Shown here: one piece after another, positions 20,801 to 32,156 of the stretch | Layout: each line of letters starts with the position of its first letter | How positions within the stretch are numbered: the first letter of the stretch is position 1 | Assembly (NCBI GenBank): GCA_934757825.1 | Contig: CAKVLP010000001.1 | Coordinates: 622,869 to 686,868 of the forward strand | Reading direction: 5' to 3' | Source of the DNA: an uncultured Clostridia bacterium | GTDB lineage: Bacteria; Bacillota; Clostridia; Christensenellales; UBA1242 | DNA length: 64,000 bases | Program-made: the position numbers and the translations under genes | Notes under the pieces: model-generated | Told to the model about the DNA's origin: nothing | Databases searched by the model: none | What the model saw: the letters and a program-made list of their open reading frames with translations, nothing else

Positions 20801-21195
20801 TAAAAAAACTTAACGATGGTGATTTGCCGTACAACGAAGTAAAATCGGACAAAATTTTAAACGCCATAAACGCAATAAAACCACTTATGAAAAACGACGC
20901 AAAAATTGAAAAAGAAGCGCAGTTTGTGATGAGGGTAAACTATGCGGATTTGGGAAAGAGTGCTGATGTAAATGTGCTTGTGCAAGGTGTAATTGACCTT
21001 GTGATTGAAAACAGCAGTGAAGTGATAATTGTTGACTTTAAGACCAACAAAACTCACGATGAACAATCGCTAGCCCAGATGTACAAACTCCAACTTGATT
21101 TATATGCTAAGGCTTATGAAAAAGCACACCATAGAGTGGTGGCAAAAAAATATTTGTATAGTTTCGAACTAAACAAACTTATTGAAGTGAAATAA
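17860..21195 (+). CDS. addA: helicase-nuclease AddAB subunit A (UvrD/Rep SF1 helicase + PD-(D/E)xK nuclease)
   Basis: Walker A SASAGSGKT, FVDEYQDIN (motif II), TIHASKGLEFP, LLYVALTRAK, and C-terminal nuclease GVIDLVIE...VDFKTN. ATG at 17860 overlaps the addB stop. Confidence 0.93.
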   Translation: MSSVKLTDPQREFVELKKGNILVSASAGSGKTFTMIQKLVGLMLDGTDLKNILVVTYTNSAASEMKQRLYSKLLECLAEESDETKKDYISDQIDSLNNADIGTLHSVCKKILTNYFYAGDIDPAFGLITGKEQTYLFNTALDNVFNKLISENDKDFYEIFTLYNNKRNTNEIKFLVTKVYEFCLSKIDYSAWKNSVLDDCDKELNDISSARFLVEYFKNETGQYQKPFERLLIASDELIKKYGDFVNYNLNITRQIADCTNYEQMCICAKTLTLTKKPNVNNKNVDEQVYNDDLAGVYGEFKKFIETFKDAFKEYSKSELKSLKNVISELFRLKELVDDEYSRLKKLRNVLDFSDLEHKTLQILQNDQVRTALKEKYHYIFVDEYQDINQVQEAIIMLLSSDNVNMIGDLKQSIYQFRLSSPEIFIEKYNRFSACEGGKVVNLNHNFRSEPNILEFANFVFDVLMTRETIGIDYKTSSRLQAGEKDDKTCVVDIDLLNTEEEGEAKEAELIVQDVAKLVSEGYKFSDIAILLRYKNELAQSVIEKLKEHNIPCDATYKTQLFKNNEILVVYSLLKVLNNGHDDLAVATCLKSIFCGLNEQQLHDIRAKHLDGNFYEAVASYVDTTDDIISRKIKQFYDFLEECRFDLNSLSITELLQQIFVKYGVMEHYTSFKDGSVRINNIKQFLNILSNDEYEHDLRKCLDYLDGLKDEEVQLDIAGGANSVKIMTIHASKGLEFPAVILGGVGKSFRINVQTNSLIINDKLGMGVKMLDPKFRIKKESLVATACKFKNRLDELNEEIRLLYVALTRAKSRLIVVGSGKLTQLKSKYDSGIYSGKNYLDFILKAFSRTDVSRLNSGSVVVNKGVGEFRFNIISPADLTENHTDPRPIILQKGDEKLAEKLRSYFKYEYPYPKTNVAIKNTVTSILKEEVDYENKVENLKNLSTMQTSSSDKAMRLGTAYHSIMQNLKYSENEAEICGLIKKLNDGDLPYNEVKSDKILNAINAIKPLMKNDAKIEKEAQFVMRVNYADLGKSADVNVLVQGVIDLVIENSSEVIIVDFKTNKTHDEQSLAQMYKLQLDLYAKAYEKAHHRVVAKKYLYSFELNKLIEVK

Positions 21196-21212
21196 AAAAG
21201 ACCTAAGTTTTC

Positions 21213-21935
21213 TTAGACCTTTTTCTTGTAATTATCTTTAATAAATTCCGAAATAAGTGGAGCCATATAATCCCTGGTAAACTCTTGCGAAGGGTGAATT
21301 TTATCGGTCTCTGGATCGTTTTCAAGTGAGAAATCGCATAACATATACATATCAAGCACTGGCACGTCGTGTGATTTGCACACCGTTTTTATTGCTTCGG
21401 CGACGTCGGTCATATGCACGCCGGCGCTGTTATTGTCAGTTTTGCGTAAGTTTTTAAGCGGTGTCATAAAGAAAATAAATGCGTTAGGAAATTTCTCTTG
21501 CAACGTGACAATACACTTGTCCACCGATCCGTAAATTGTGTACAACTCGGTGTCGCCAAGTTTGCCAAGCGTGGCGCTCGAAGTAAAGTCGTTTACTCCG
21601 CCCATAACGCTAATAATATCGGGTGTTTCTTCGAAATTTTCAATCTGAGTATAGATGCAAGTTCTGCCTTTGATGCCATACACATAGGACGCTCCGCTGA
21701 CCGCTAAGTTATAACTGCCCGCTAGCCCTAGCGTTTCCTCAACAAGAGTCGCGTAAGGCTTTTCCATTCTGCCTCGCCCTTTGCCAAGTCCTCCATAGGT
21801 TATGCTGTCGCCAAATGTGGCGTATTTTAGGGTGGAGTAGTCCATTTCTTCTCGTTTGCAACCTGTTAGAATTACAAACGCAAGTAGCACTAAACATATG
21901 CTCGCAATTGATTTTTTAAATATCGATTTTCTCAT
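21213..21935 (-). CDS. SGNH/GDSL hydrolase-family lipoprotein
   Basis: Signal peptide with lipobox LTGC, block I FGDSITYG, and later GGVNDF. Start set at ATG 21935 after GAGGAA. Confidence 0.8.
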   Translation of the reverse strand: MRKSIFKKSIASICLVLLAFVILTGCKREEMDYSTLKYATFGDSITYGGLGKGRGRMEKPYATLVEETLGLAGSYNLAVSGASYVYGIKGRTCIYTQIENFEETPDIISVMGGVNDFTSSATLGKLGDTELYTIYGSVDKCIVTLQEKFPNAFIFFMTPLKNLRKTDNNSAGVHMTDVAEAIKTVCKSHDVPVLDMYMLCDFSLENDPETDKIHPSQEFTRDYMAPLISEFIKDNYKKKV

Positions 21936-22270
21936 TAAATGTTCCTCATAACCACATTGTATCACGATAGGTCGTGTTTGTGCAATAAGAAATTTTGCAT
22001 TTAACGCTGTTTAATATAGAGGTGAGGTCGATTTTATTGCACATAAAACTTTTTAAATTGTATCGGTTATACGGGTTGTGGAGTTGGTTGTGCGAAAACT
22101 CGTTTGAGGGTCTATTCATATTTGTGGGGAATATAGATTTGATTAAAAATTAAGTTTACTTTATAAAAAAAATATTATTATAATTATGTATAATCATTAG
22201 TAAGTTTTTCCAAATTGTGATATACTACAACTAACAAATTGTGTATGTTATATTTTAAGGAGAGTGGATT

Positions 22271-24223
22271 ATGAATACGTTTTTAGGAGCATTGGACTTA
22301 AAAATTTTTGATTCCATTTTGGGATTTTTAATAGAACTTGGCAAAATCCTTACCACCATGGACTATATTGTTTTTGGGGCAGTGGGGTTGTTGTTTTTAA
22401 GCATTTTCATTTGCTTGATCGTGTCCAACAACACATATGAGGTTAAGATTTTAAGATATCTAAACAAAATGAACAAGTATTTTAAGCGCAACCCTCATAT
22501 TAACGACGACAACTTGATTTATGTTAACAACTGCTTCAAAAAAGCACCAAAAAATATGCGTTATGCTTGGCAACAATATATGCTAAATCGCGACAAATTG
22601 CCTAGCGAATACATCAACACCGAGGTTTGTATTGACCAACCAATCAAGTCGAGTGCGCACGACAATACATCGAAAATCTTGCATATGCTTACAACCATTA
22701 TTTCTATCCTTGCTTTTGTTGCTGGATTGGTGTTCCTAAATTGGAGAGAAGATCCAGGTTCAAAAATTGGTTTCGATGGAAACTATATGAGTAGTAGTTA
22801 TGCGTGGATCATTGTATTTATTTTGCCACTTTTGACATATATTTTGGGCACTGTTGTGGTTATTATTCTAAAAGCGCGCCACACGGCAATTGTTTCCGAC
22901 GCATACAATGCGTTCCACGATTTTGAAAGATATATAAACAAGGCTTGTTCTACACTTCCAAGTTATATCGACTACGAGGTGTTGTTTACAAGAAAAGAAA
23001 TCCGCGATGGTATTCCAGCACTTCAAGAATATCTTGAAAAAAGAGCAATGGAAGAGCAGAAAGAGAAGGAAGAGGCGGAACTTAAAAACTTGCCTTTTGA
23101 GGAATACAATTTTGAGGAATTGGGTCTAGAAAACTCGCTACTTATTGAGCGTGCTATGACCGAAAGCGAAAAGTTTTTCAATGTTAAGCGCGATATGAAC
23201 GAAAAAATCGCCGCAAAACAGACCGAAATGGCAAGTTATCAGAAAAACTTTGATGAAGTAACAAAAGAATTTGAAAGAAAAGCGCAAGCGTATAGGGAAA
23301 ACTTAAAACAACTTAACGAGCAGTTGAATAGCACAAGCGTTAACATTGAGGCAAACTACATTAAAAAGCGTTATCGTGAAGACCAACAAAAATTGCAACA
23401 ACTTGAAAAAGATTACGAAATTGCGACAATAAGGTTTAACAAACAACAAGCCGAAATTAACGCCGAAAACGACGCTTACAAAAAAGAAATTGAACGTAAA
23501 AAACAAGATTTGCAACGCGCTATGACCGAAGAGGGCAAGTCGTATGCAAACAAAATTTATGGAATTATCAACACAAAACTAACCGAGCAAAATAAGCCAA
23601 TTTTCGATAAGCAAAACGAACAAATTGCCGAGATGAAAAAGCAGATTGAAGATCTTGACAATGAGATTAAAGAAAAGGAAGCAAATATAAGTTCGCTTAA
23701 CGGCAAGGTTAGTGACTTGGAATTTGACATAACTACAAAACAAGCCGAAATTGAGGCTATCAAAAATGTTAGAGAATACCTAACAAGCCCAGAATTTAGA
23801 CAACGCGTTATCGATGGCAAAAAGGCAAGAAAAGCAAGCGGAATTGAAAAAGCAAGTATTGAAGAACTTAGAGACAGAACCGCTACTGCTGAGGAAGAGT
23901 TGAAGATTGCCAACGAAAAACAACAAAAAATGGCGGAACAAGAAAGCGAACTACTTAGAAAACTTAAACAACTTGAAGAGACTGAAAGATTGCTATTAAA
24001 AGAAAAAGCAATGAATGACGATTTGAAAAAAGTTAACTCCAACATCAAGGCTGAAAACGAGTCGTTAAAGGCAAACGAGGCAGACCTTATGGGCGAGATA
24101 AACAAAACCTTGGAAAATCTAGATGAGGATAAAAAACAACAAAAAGTTGACAACAAAAAGAAAAATCTAAGTAGTCTTCAAGCCAATATGTCAAAACTTA
24201 AAAACAAGAAAAAACCTAATTAA
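22271..24223 (+). CDS. membrane-anchored long coiled-coil protein (650 aa), function unknown
   Basis: Hydrophobic segments in the first ~200 aa are followed by ~400 aa of heptad-like E/K/Q-rich sequence. Good RBS (AAGGAGAG). Confidence 0.7.
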   Translation: MNTFLGALDLKIFDSILGFLIELGKILTTMDYIVFGAVGLLFLSIFICLIVSNNTYEVKILRYLNKMNKYFKRNPHINDDNLIYVNNCFKKAPKNMRYAWQQYMLNRDKLPSEYINTEVCIDQPIKSSAHDNTSKILHMLTTIISILAFVAGLVFLNWREDPGSKIGFDGNYMSSSYAWIIVFILPLLTYILGTVVVIILKARHTAIVSDAYNAFHDFERYINKACSTLPSYIDYEVLFTRKEIRDGIPALQEYLEKRAMEEQKEKEEAELKNLPFEEYNFEELGLENSLLIERAMTESEKFFNVKRDMNEKIAAKQTEMASYQKNFDEVTKEFERKAQAYRENLKQLNEQLNSTSVNIEANYIKKRYREDQQKLQQLEKDYEIATIRFNKQQAEINAENDAYKKEIERKKQDLQRAMTEEGKSYANKIYGIINTKLTEQNKPIFDKQNEQIAEMKKQIEDLDNEIKEKEANISSLNGKVSDLEFDITTKQAEIEAIKNVREYLTSPEFRQRVIDGKKARKASGIEKASIEELRDRTATAEEELKIANEKQQKMAEQESELLRKLKQLEETERLLLKEKAMNDDLKKVNSNIKAENESLKANEADLMGEINKTLENLDEDKKQQKVDNKKKNLSSLQANMSKLKNKKKPN

Positions 24224-24254
24224 AAAAAGTCACGGCGATTGCCGTGATTTTTTA
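24223..24254. terminator. bidirectional rho-independent terminator
   Basis: TCACGGC-GATT-GCCGTGA flanked by an A-run and a T-run, between convergent genes. Confidence 0.8.
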
Positions 24255-24947
24255 TTTGCTATTAACTGTAAGTTCTTTTAACTTTCCATAATATTTAAGT
24301 TTGTTGATTAAATTAAAAGTTATAAGCGTGCCAGGTCTCGCGATTACTTCGCCGTTGTCGTTTTTAATTTCTTTTTGTACTCTTCGTTTTAGTAAAAAGT
24401 CGTAGTTAGTAATCTCTCTGATTGGGGTGGGAGTGTCTTGAATTTGCACCACCACATCTTCATTTTTTAGGTTAAATTGAAAAGTGTTTTTTTCTTTAAA
24501 CTTGCATAAATTTACCTTTTGACTGCTAAGAAGTGTAAGTTCGTCCGACCAGCCAACAACTTCGCAAATAGGGTGGTTTTCGCCACCAGTTTCAATACTA
24601 TGCAAAGTTCCATTTTCTATGTATATTTCGTCGATTTTGCCTATTTTTACACCGTCGAATGTAAAGCAGAGTGAGTTTAGCGGGCACACTAGCGTTTCGA
24701 GGATAAGTTCTTTGTTTTCATATAGCGTAATTTTGGTGGAGTTTGCTATAAACACCGCGTCGCAACAAATCTTGTAAATATTTTTAAACTCGACCACTTT
24801 GTACTCGTCGATTTGCTCGCTGTACACCAAAAGATAGAGTGGTTTTTTCTTGTTTGCATCGATACAAACTTTTTCAATATATCCCTCAATTTTTAGGTTG
24901 TACAGATTGATTACCGGCAGGGAAATAAGTTCGGTTATTTTTATCAT
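24252..24947 (-). CDS. PRC-barrel-like domain protein (YlmC/YmxH-like N-terminus), function unknown
   Basis: Start at ATG 24947, 5 nt after GGAGGA. The N-terminal ITELISLPVINLYNLKIEGYIEKVCID resembles the PRC-barrel start. The rest is unassigned. Confidence 0.45.
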   Translation of the reverse strand: MIKITELISLPVINLYNLKIEGYIEKVCIDANKKKPLYLLVYSEQIDEYKVVEFKNIYKICCDAVFIANSTKITLYENKELILETLVCPLNSLCFTFDGVKIGKIDEIYIENGTLHSIETGGENHPICEVVGWSDELTLLSSQKVNLCKFKEKNTFQFNLKNEDVVVQIQDTPTPIREITNYDFLLKRRVQKEIKNDNGEVIARPGTLITFNLINKLKYYGKLKELTVNSK

Positions 24948-25065
24948 ACTTGTCCTCCAAAAAAACAGGCTATAATGTCGTTTTGATATACTATATTCTA
25001 TTTTTTGCATAGTATTTTTATGCTAAAATTTTTGTCTTTTTATTTTACTCGTGATATAATTAAAT

Positions 25066-25998
25066 ATGGGAATCGTAAAAACTATTCAAAAAATGTTTTC
25101 CAAAAACATTGATTGCAGTGAGGTGCTGTGCGATACGCCATTCCATTTTTACTCTCAAAAAAACAGAGTGGTGTACGTCGGGGCAAATATCATAGTAAAG
25201 GAAGGGTTTGAGGCGGTTTTTGTATGCAATGACAGGGTGACCGATGTTTTGCCGGAGGGCAAACACTCCATTATCGCCACGAATTTACCCACAACTTTTA
25301 AACGTTTGCATTTGCTTTCAGCATCAAAAAATGGCACGTTCGCTACAAAATTTAGGGCGGACATCTATTTCGTGAGCAAAAACAAGATTAGAAACGTCCA
25401 TTTTAAAGGGGGTGACCCGCTAATTGCTAGGAGCAAACACTTTGGGCGTATTAAAGCGTATGCCGAGGGGACGTGCGATGTTACGATTGTTGACGCTAAA
25501 AAACTTTTGACTTTTTTACTACTAGAAAGGCAGTGTGTGCTGGATAAAGATTTTTTAGGGTTACTAGGTTGTGAGATTGGAAACAAGGTTGTTTTCAAAT
25601 TGTCCGAATGCGGAAAAGGCTTTTTGGATATTCTCACTCTAAACGATGAGGTTTATAATATTTTAAACGACAATTTCGTTGTGCCATATTTGGGGTGTGA
25701 CATTGAAAATGTTAGGCTAATAAGTATGCAAGTTCCTGAAAAATTGGAAGAAAAACTAAACAAAGAAATTGAAAAACGAAGGTCAGTAAACAGCGAAATC
25801 AACGAAATATATGGCACCACACTTAACGACGCCTTTTCGGGAATTGCCAACAAACCGGTTGAGGGGGAGCCCAAGGTTGAGGAGGGCGCTGTCAAACCCG
25901 AAGTCGAGAGGTTTAAAAAGTGTATGTCTTGTGGTTCGGTTATTGATAAAAACGTTAAGTTTTGCCCAAATTGCGGAATGCGACAAAATTTATTTTAA
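25066..25998 (+). CDS. SPFH-domain / YdjI-like protein with C-terminal zinc ribbon
   Basis: C-terminal CMSCGSVIDKNVKFCPNCG zinc ribbon. The N-terminal beta-rich region (VYVGANIIVKEGFEAVFVCNDRVTDVLPEGKHSI) resembles the COG4260 family. Confidence 0.5.
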   Translation: MGIVKTIQKMFSKNIDCSEVLCDTPFHFYSQKNRVVYVGANIIVKEGFEAVFVCNDRVTDVLPEGKHSIIATNLPTTFKRLHLLSASKNGTFATKFRADIYFVSKNKIRNVHFKGGDPLIARSKHFGRIKAYAEGTCDVTIVDAKKLLTFLLLERQCVLDKDFLGLLGCEIGNKVVFKLSECGKGFLDILTLNDEVYNILNDNFVVPYLGCDIENVRLISMQVPEKLEEKLNKEIEKRRSVNSEINEIYGTTLNDAFSGIANKPVEGEPKVEEGAVKPEVERFKKCMSCGSVIDKNVKFCPNCGMRQNLF

Positions 25999-26076
25999 CT
26001 AGCCCTAAATTGTTGTATTTTTTCCGCGGTTTTTATATAATATATTTAAGAAAAATAATTTTATGAGGAGTAGACA

Positions 26077-26967
26077 ATGAAAGTTGCTTTTATTATCCCC
26101 GTGCTTTCCGATTGCGACATTAAGCAAAGATTTGACGCAATTGAAACAGCGTGCAAGGAGTGCGATATCAATTTTGAGATAATTTTCGCGTTTAACAACA
26201 AACTTAACAATATGTTTTCACTTGTGAGAAGCACATTTATTGAAAACAAAAAAGTTAAGGCTTTTAAAGTAAATCGCAATGTTAATCAGCACAAACTTAT
26301 CACTCTTGCAATGAAAGAATGCGAGGATTATGATGCGACCGTGATTTATTCGGGCAAAGAAACGGTTAACGCCGACGTGGTTAAGGCGTTTTTGACCAGT
26401 TGGAAAGCGGGCAACAAAATTGTTTATTTGAAAAAGGTATATTCGTCGCCTAAGAAAATATGGATGTGGTTTAAGAGCCTTATTTACAGGCTTGGCACAA
26501 AACTTATGGGCGTGTTTAGAGATATTGGCGCAGAGACCGACATCCAACTTCTTGATAAGGACGTTGTTATAACCATAAACCAACTACCTGAGAAAAATAG
26601 GCACCTTCGCACGCTTGACGCCTTTATTGGTTACAATACGGACGTAATCAAAATGGAAGTGGATAGCAAGATTAAAGATAGTAAATATTACGCTGAAAAG
26701 ACAAAAAAATACAAGGTTGCGCTTACGCTTGCATCGGTGTTCTTCGCGTTGTCGCTATCAACACTCGTTGTTGGGATACTTTCAATTGCACTCAACTGGA
26801 ATATGCGTTGGATTCTTACAATGTTTATCTGGGTCGGCTTTGTGATATTCGGGCTGTTTAGCCTTGTGTTCTTCACAAAGAAAGAACTCCTTTTAAGAGT
26901 TGGCGATTCGGAAGATATGTCCGACATTAAAGAACTTCAAGACAAAATGGAACGTTACAATTTTTAG
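26077..26967 (+). CDS. GT2 (GtrB/DPM1-like) glycosyltransferase homolog with C-terminal TM helices and degenerate catalytic motifs
   Basis: The architecture matches GtrB-like enzymes: KVAFIIPV start, W-x-x-G-x-x-V-Y segment SWKAGNKIVYLKK, QLPEKNRHLRTLDAFIGY, and two C-terminal TM helices. The VDDGS and DAD positions read FNNKL and SGK. Confidence 0.55.
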   Translation: MKVAFIIPVLSDCDIKQRFDAIETACKECDINFEIIFAFNNKLNNMFSLVRSTFIENKKVKAFKVNRNVNQHKLITLAMKECEDYDATVIYSGKETVNADVVKAFLTSWKAGNKIVYLKKVYSSPKKIWMWFKSLIYRLGTKLMGVFRDIGAETDIQLLDKDVVITINQLPEKNRHLRTLDAFIGYNTDVIKMEVDSKIKDSKYYAEKTKKYKVALTLASVFFALSLSTLVVGILSIALNWNMRWILTMFIWVGFVIFGLFSLVFFTKKELLLRVGDSEDMSDIKELQDKMERYNF

Positions 26968-26973
26968 TAAATT

Positions 26974-27006
26974 AAGCCATATGGGTTTTCTCATATGGCC
27001 TTTTTA
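26974..27006 (+). terminator. rho-independent terminator
   Basis: GCCATATG...CATATGGC hairpin followed by a T-run. Confidence 0.75.
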
Positions 27007-27120
27007 TTTTTAACGCGCAAAAATTATGGTTTTTTTATCCAATTTTTGTAAACAATATAATAATTGATTGTTAAAAAAAAATTATTTTGCTATAATTTTT
27101 TAAATCAATAAGGAAGGTGA

Positions 27121-28140
<1,020 letters not shown>

Positions 28141-28157
28141 TCCATATTAAATTAAAT

Positions 28158-28186
28158 CAAATCCTCCTAATCGGGAGGATTTTTTT
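28158..28186 (+). terminator. rho-independent terminator after gap
   Basis: ATCCTCC...GGAGGAT hairpin plus TTTTTT. Confidence 0.8.
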
Positions 28187-28306
28187 AAAAACACATATGA
28201 AAAAATCAAAAACTACAGCAATCTACAAAACAAAAAAGTTAAACTTGTTAAGGTTGGTTGATAAATATAACTTAATTTGATATAATCTTAAGTAGGAGAG
28301 AACATT

Positions 28307-28801
28307 ATGAGATGTCCTGTTTGCGGATACAATTTAAAAAAGACACAATTTTGCCCATACTGCAAAGTGACCGACGACCAAATCAGAACCGCCAGCAATG
28401 TTAAGGCGAAAAAATGCTTAAAAACGGGCGAAAAAGATAAGGTTGTGATGTCGTCGACGCTTCCTAAAGACATTAACCGGACTAGGCTACTGCTTATTTC
28501 AATCGCGCTTGGATTGTTTGGAGGGCACAATTTTTATGTAGGAAGATACAAACGTGGGTTGTATATGACCGTTACGTTTTGCGTTTGCGCAATTATCTAC
28601 GGCGTGTATCAAGGTTGGTTTGACGGAAACAATGTGTTTTATCTGTTTGTTCAGTTGACAGCACTTGTAGAAGCGATGTCGATAGTGATGTGGTTTTCCG
28701 ATATTATTAAAATATTCTGCAAAACTTTTCCCGTTCCAGTTGTGCTGGGAGAAAAAGTTGAAAATGTAGGCACAAACAAAAAAAATAAACAAAAAGACTA
28801 A
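28307..28801 (+). CDS. zinc-ribbon + TM2 domain membrane protein
   Basis: N-terminal CPVCG...CPYC zinc ribbon and TM2-domain signature ALGLFGGHNFYVGRYKRG. Confidence 0.7.
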   Translation: MRCPVCGYNLKKTQFCPYCKVTDDQIRTASNVKAKKCLKTGEKDKVVMSSTLPKDINRTRLLLISIALGLFGGHNFYVGRYKRGLYMTVTFCVCAIIYGVYQGWFDGNNVFYLFVQLTALVEAMSIVMWFSDIIKIFCKTFPVPVVLGEKVENVGTNKKNKQKD

Positions 28802-28864
28802 AAATTTGCCCTTGCGATTTGTTTCGCTGGGGCTTTTTGTTTTACAATAACACGCTAGGTGTGA

Positions 28865-30205
<1,341 letters not shown>

Positions 30206-30213
30206 AAATAAGA

Positions 30214-30245
30214 AAAATAACGGCAGTGTTGCCGTTATTTTTTTG
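30214..30245 (+). terminator. rho-independent terminator after eno
   Basis: AATAACGGC-AGTGT-GCCGTTATT plus a T-run. Confidence 0.85.
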
Positions 30246-30277
30246 CTATCCAATTCCAAATTTGATATAATAATTAT

Positions 30278-30847
30278 ATGAAAACCATAAAAAATGAAGT
30301 AAAAGATGTATATGAGATTAAAAAAAGTGAGTTTTTGGCATACATTTATCCAGTATCAAACGCCGACGAGGTCAAGGCTCACTTGGAGGATTTAAGAAAG
30401 GCGCACAAGGTCGCAACTCACGTTTGCTACGCTTGTTTACTTACATCTCCTAATATGGAAAAGTGCTCCGACGACGGCGAGCCAGACGGGACTGCGGGCA
30501 AGCCACTACTGGAACTTCTAAAAAAGAAAAATCTCGAAAATATTTTGTTGGTGGTCGTTAGATATTTTGGCGGAATAAAACTTGGCGCGGGAGGGCTAAT
30601 AAGAGCATATACTCGTGCGGGAGTTATGGTGTGTGATAAGGTGGAAATTGTAGAACTAAAATCCTATTCCAATTTTGTAGTTAAATGTAATATTGATAAT
30701 TCAAAGTCAATTCTTTCAAAATTAAATTCGCTTCCGCTTATAGTAGAGGGGATAGAATACTCCGATGTTGTAAAAATTAAAATTAAAGTGGAAACGGATA
30801 TGGAAAATATAATTCTAAACTTGGGTGGAGATATAGAAAGGTGCTAA
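30278..30847 (+). CDS. yigZ: YigZ / IMPACT-family protein
   Basis: IKKSEFLAYIYPV, ATHVCYACLL, CSDDGEPDGTAGKPLLE, and VVRYFGGIKLGAGGLIRAY are family signatures. Confidence 0.85.
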   Translation: MKTIKNEVKDVYEIKKSEFLAYIYPVSNADEVKAHLEDLRKAHKVATHVCYACLLTSPNMEKCSDDGEPDGTAGKPLLELLKKKNLENILLVVVRYFGGIKLGAGGLIRAYTRAGVMVCDKVEIVELKSYSNFVVKCNIDNSKSILSKLNSLPLIVEGIEYSDVVKIKIKVETDMENIILNLGGDIERC

Positions 30848-30848
30848 G

Positions 30849-31478
30849 ATGGATAAAATAATAATAAGTAAAGTTGAGGTGCAGAAAAAACACAACGATA
30901 GGGTTAGCATATTTGTAGACGATGAGTACTATCTAAGTATGTACTTGGATACGGCTGTAAAATATGGAATAAAAAAGGGCCTTGAAATAGAAGAGGAAAC
31001 CTTAAAAAATTATGTGGTAGAAAGTGAAAAACATCTTGCATTTGATAAGGCCATAAACTATCAAAAAAGTGCGTTCAAGACAGCAAAACAAATTCGCGAC
31101 TATCTAAACAAGAAAGGCTACGACAAAATGGTGGTCGATTATGTGATAGATAAGATGCTTGAATATGGAATGTTGGACGATGAAAAGTTTGCTGATATGT
31201 ACATATCGACATATGAAAAAAAGTACGGCCCCAATATGCTAAAAACAAAACTTATGCAAAAAGGCATAAGCAAAAAGATAATTGACGAAAAGTTTACTGA
31301 ATACGAACCAATTGAAGAGCAAATAGACAAATTATTGCTAAAAAAACTAGGTTCGAAACCACCAACTACCGAGAATTTGACAAAATGTATACGTTTTTTG
31401 TCAAGTAGAGGGTATGATTATGACAATATCAAAAAATCTATAAATAAAATTAAAAAAGGAGAAATGGATTATGAATAG
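30849..31478 (+). CDS. recX: RecA regulator RecX
   Basis: Three helical repeats with KQIRDYLNKKGYDKMVVDYVIDKMLEYGMLDDEKFADMY, typical of RecX. Confidence 0.65.
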   Translation: MDKIIISKVEVQKKHNDRVSIFVDDEYYLSMYLDTAVKYGIKKGLEIEEETLKNYVVESEKHLAFDKAINYQKSAFKTAKQIRDYLNKKGYDKMVVDYVIDKMLEYGMLDDEKFADMYISTYEKKYGPNMLKTKLMQKGISKKIIDEKFTEYEPIEEQIDKLLLKKLGSKPPTTENLTKCIRFLSSRGYDYDNIKKSINKIKKGEMDYE

Positions 31479-31836
31479 AGTAGGAATTGATGTGTTGGAG
31501 ACAAAACGAATGGACGATTATGTAAAAAGGCAATTGCCAATGGAGAAGATTTTTACAGGATATGAGATTACGTATATTAAAAAAGTGGCAAAAAGTTCTT
31601 CGCGTATGGCGGGCATTTTTAGTGCGAAAGAGGCGTTTTTAAAAGCCACTGGGGTGGGTGTAAAAAATGGGATTTCGCTCCTTGAAGTTGAAGTGAAACA
31701 CGAGGAAAATGGCAGACCATATCTTAACCTTATGGGAAACGCTAAAAAGGTTTTGACTGAGTTGAAGGTTAAGGCTGTTGACATTAGCATTTCACATACT
31801 GACAATTTGGCGACGGCGATTTGCATATTAAGTTGA
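31471..31836 (+). CDS. acpS: holo-[acyl-carrier-protein] synthase
   Basis: VGIDVLETKRM start, FSAKEAFLKA, and ISISHTDNLATA. Length 121 aa. Confidence 0.85.
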   Translation: MNRVGIDVLETKRMDDYVKRQLPMEKIFTGYEITYIKKVAKSSSRMAGIFSAKEAFLKATGVGVKNGISLLEVEVKHEENGRPYLNLMGNAKKVLTELKVKAVDISISHTDNLATAICILS

Positions 31837-31913
31837 TTTTTACACATTTTAATAATAACGATAAATTCTAGTTTAAAATGACTAGAATTTTTTTAAACTG
31901 CGATGAGGTAATT

Positions 31914-32156
31914 ATGGGAAGAAAAAACGATTTTAATGACGACTTAACTAATTATGGTTTAGAACTTGATGCTATGGTTAATAATTCTAAAAATAACAAA
32001 AGAGAACTCCGCGAGCATATTATAAGTGAGAGTGAGTTAAAAAAGGCGTACGAAACATATATGCCGTTTTTGAGAAGTCGATTACTTAGTGAGAACGACT
32101 TATTTGATAGCTTGGGAGATGAGGATTTAAAAAATTATGAAAAGTGGTTAGAGTGA
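31914..32156 (+). CDS. ndoAI: EndoAI/MazE-like antitoxin (RHH type)
   Basis: Its TGA overlaps the ATG of the toxin gene (TGATG). [22 protein letters not shown] parallels B. subtilis EndoAI ELDGVAMREKRSRNELISQAV. The position after acpS matches Bacillus. Confidence 0.6.
   Translation: MGRKNDFNDDLTNYGLELDAMVNNSKNNKRELREHIISESELKKAYETYMPFLRSRLLSENDLFDSLGDEDLKNYEKWLE

Noticed and set aside
23557-24156. 199-aa minus-strand ORF
   Set aside because: It is an antisense shadow of the low-complexity coiled-coil region of the 22271-24223 gene. Its translation is Ser/Phe/Leu-rich repetitive sequence, it has no RBS, and it lies wholly inside a better gene.
31355-31375. GGTTCGAAACC, a T-loop-like sequence suggesting a tRNA
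   Set aside because: It lies in frame inside recX, and no cloverleaf can be drawn around it. No tRNA genes were found anywhere in the window.
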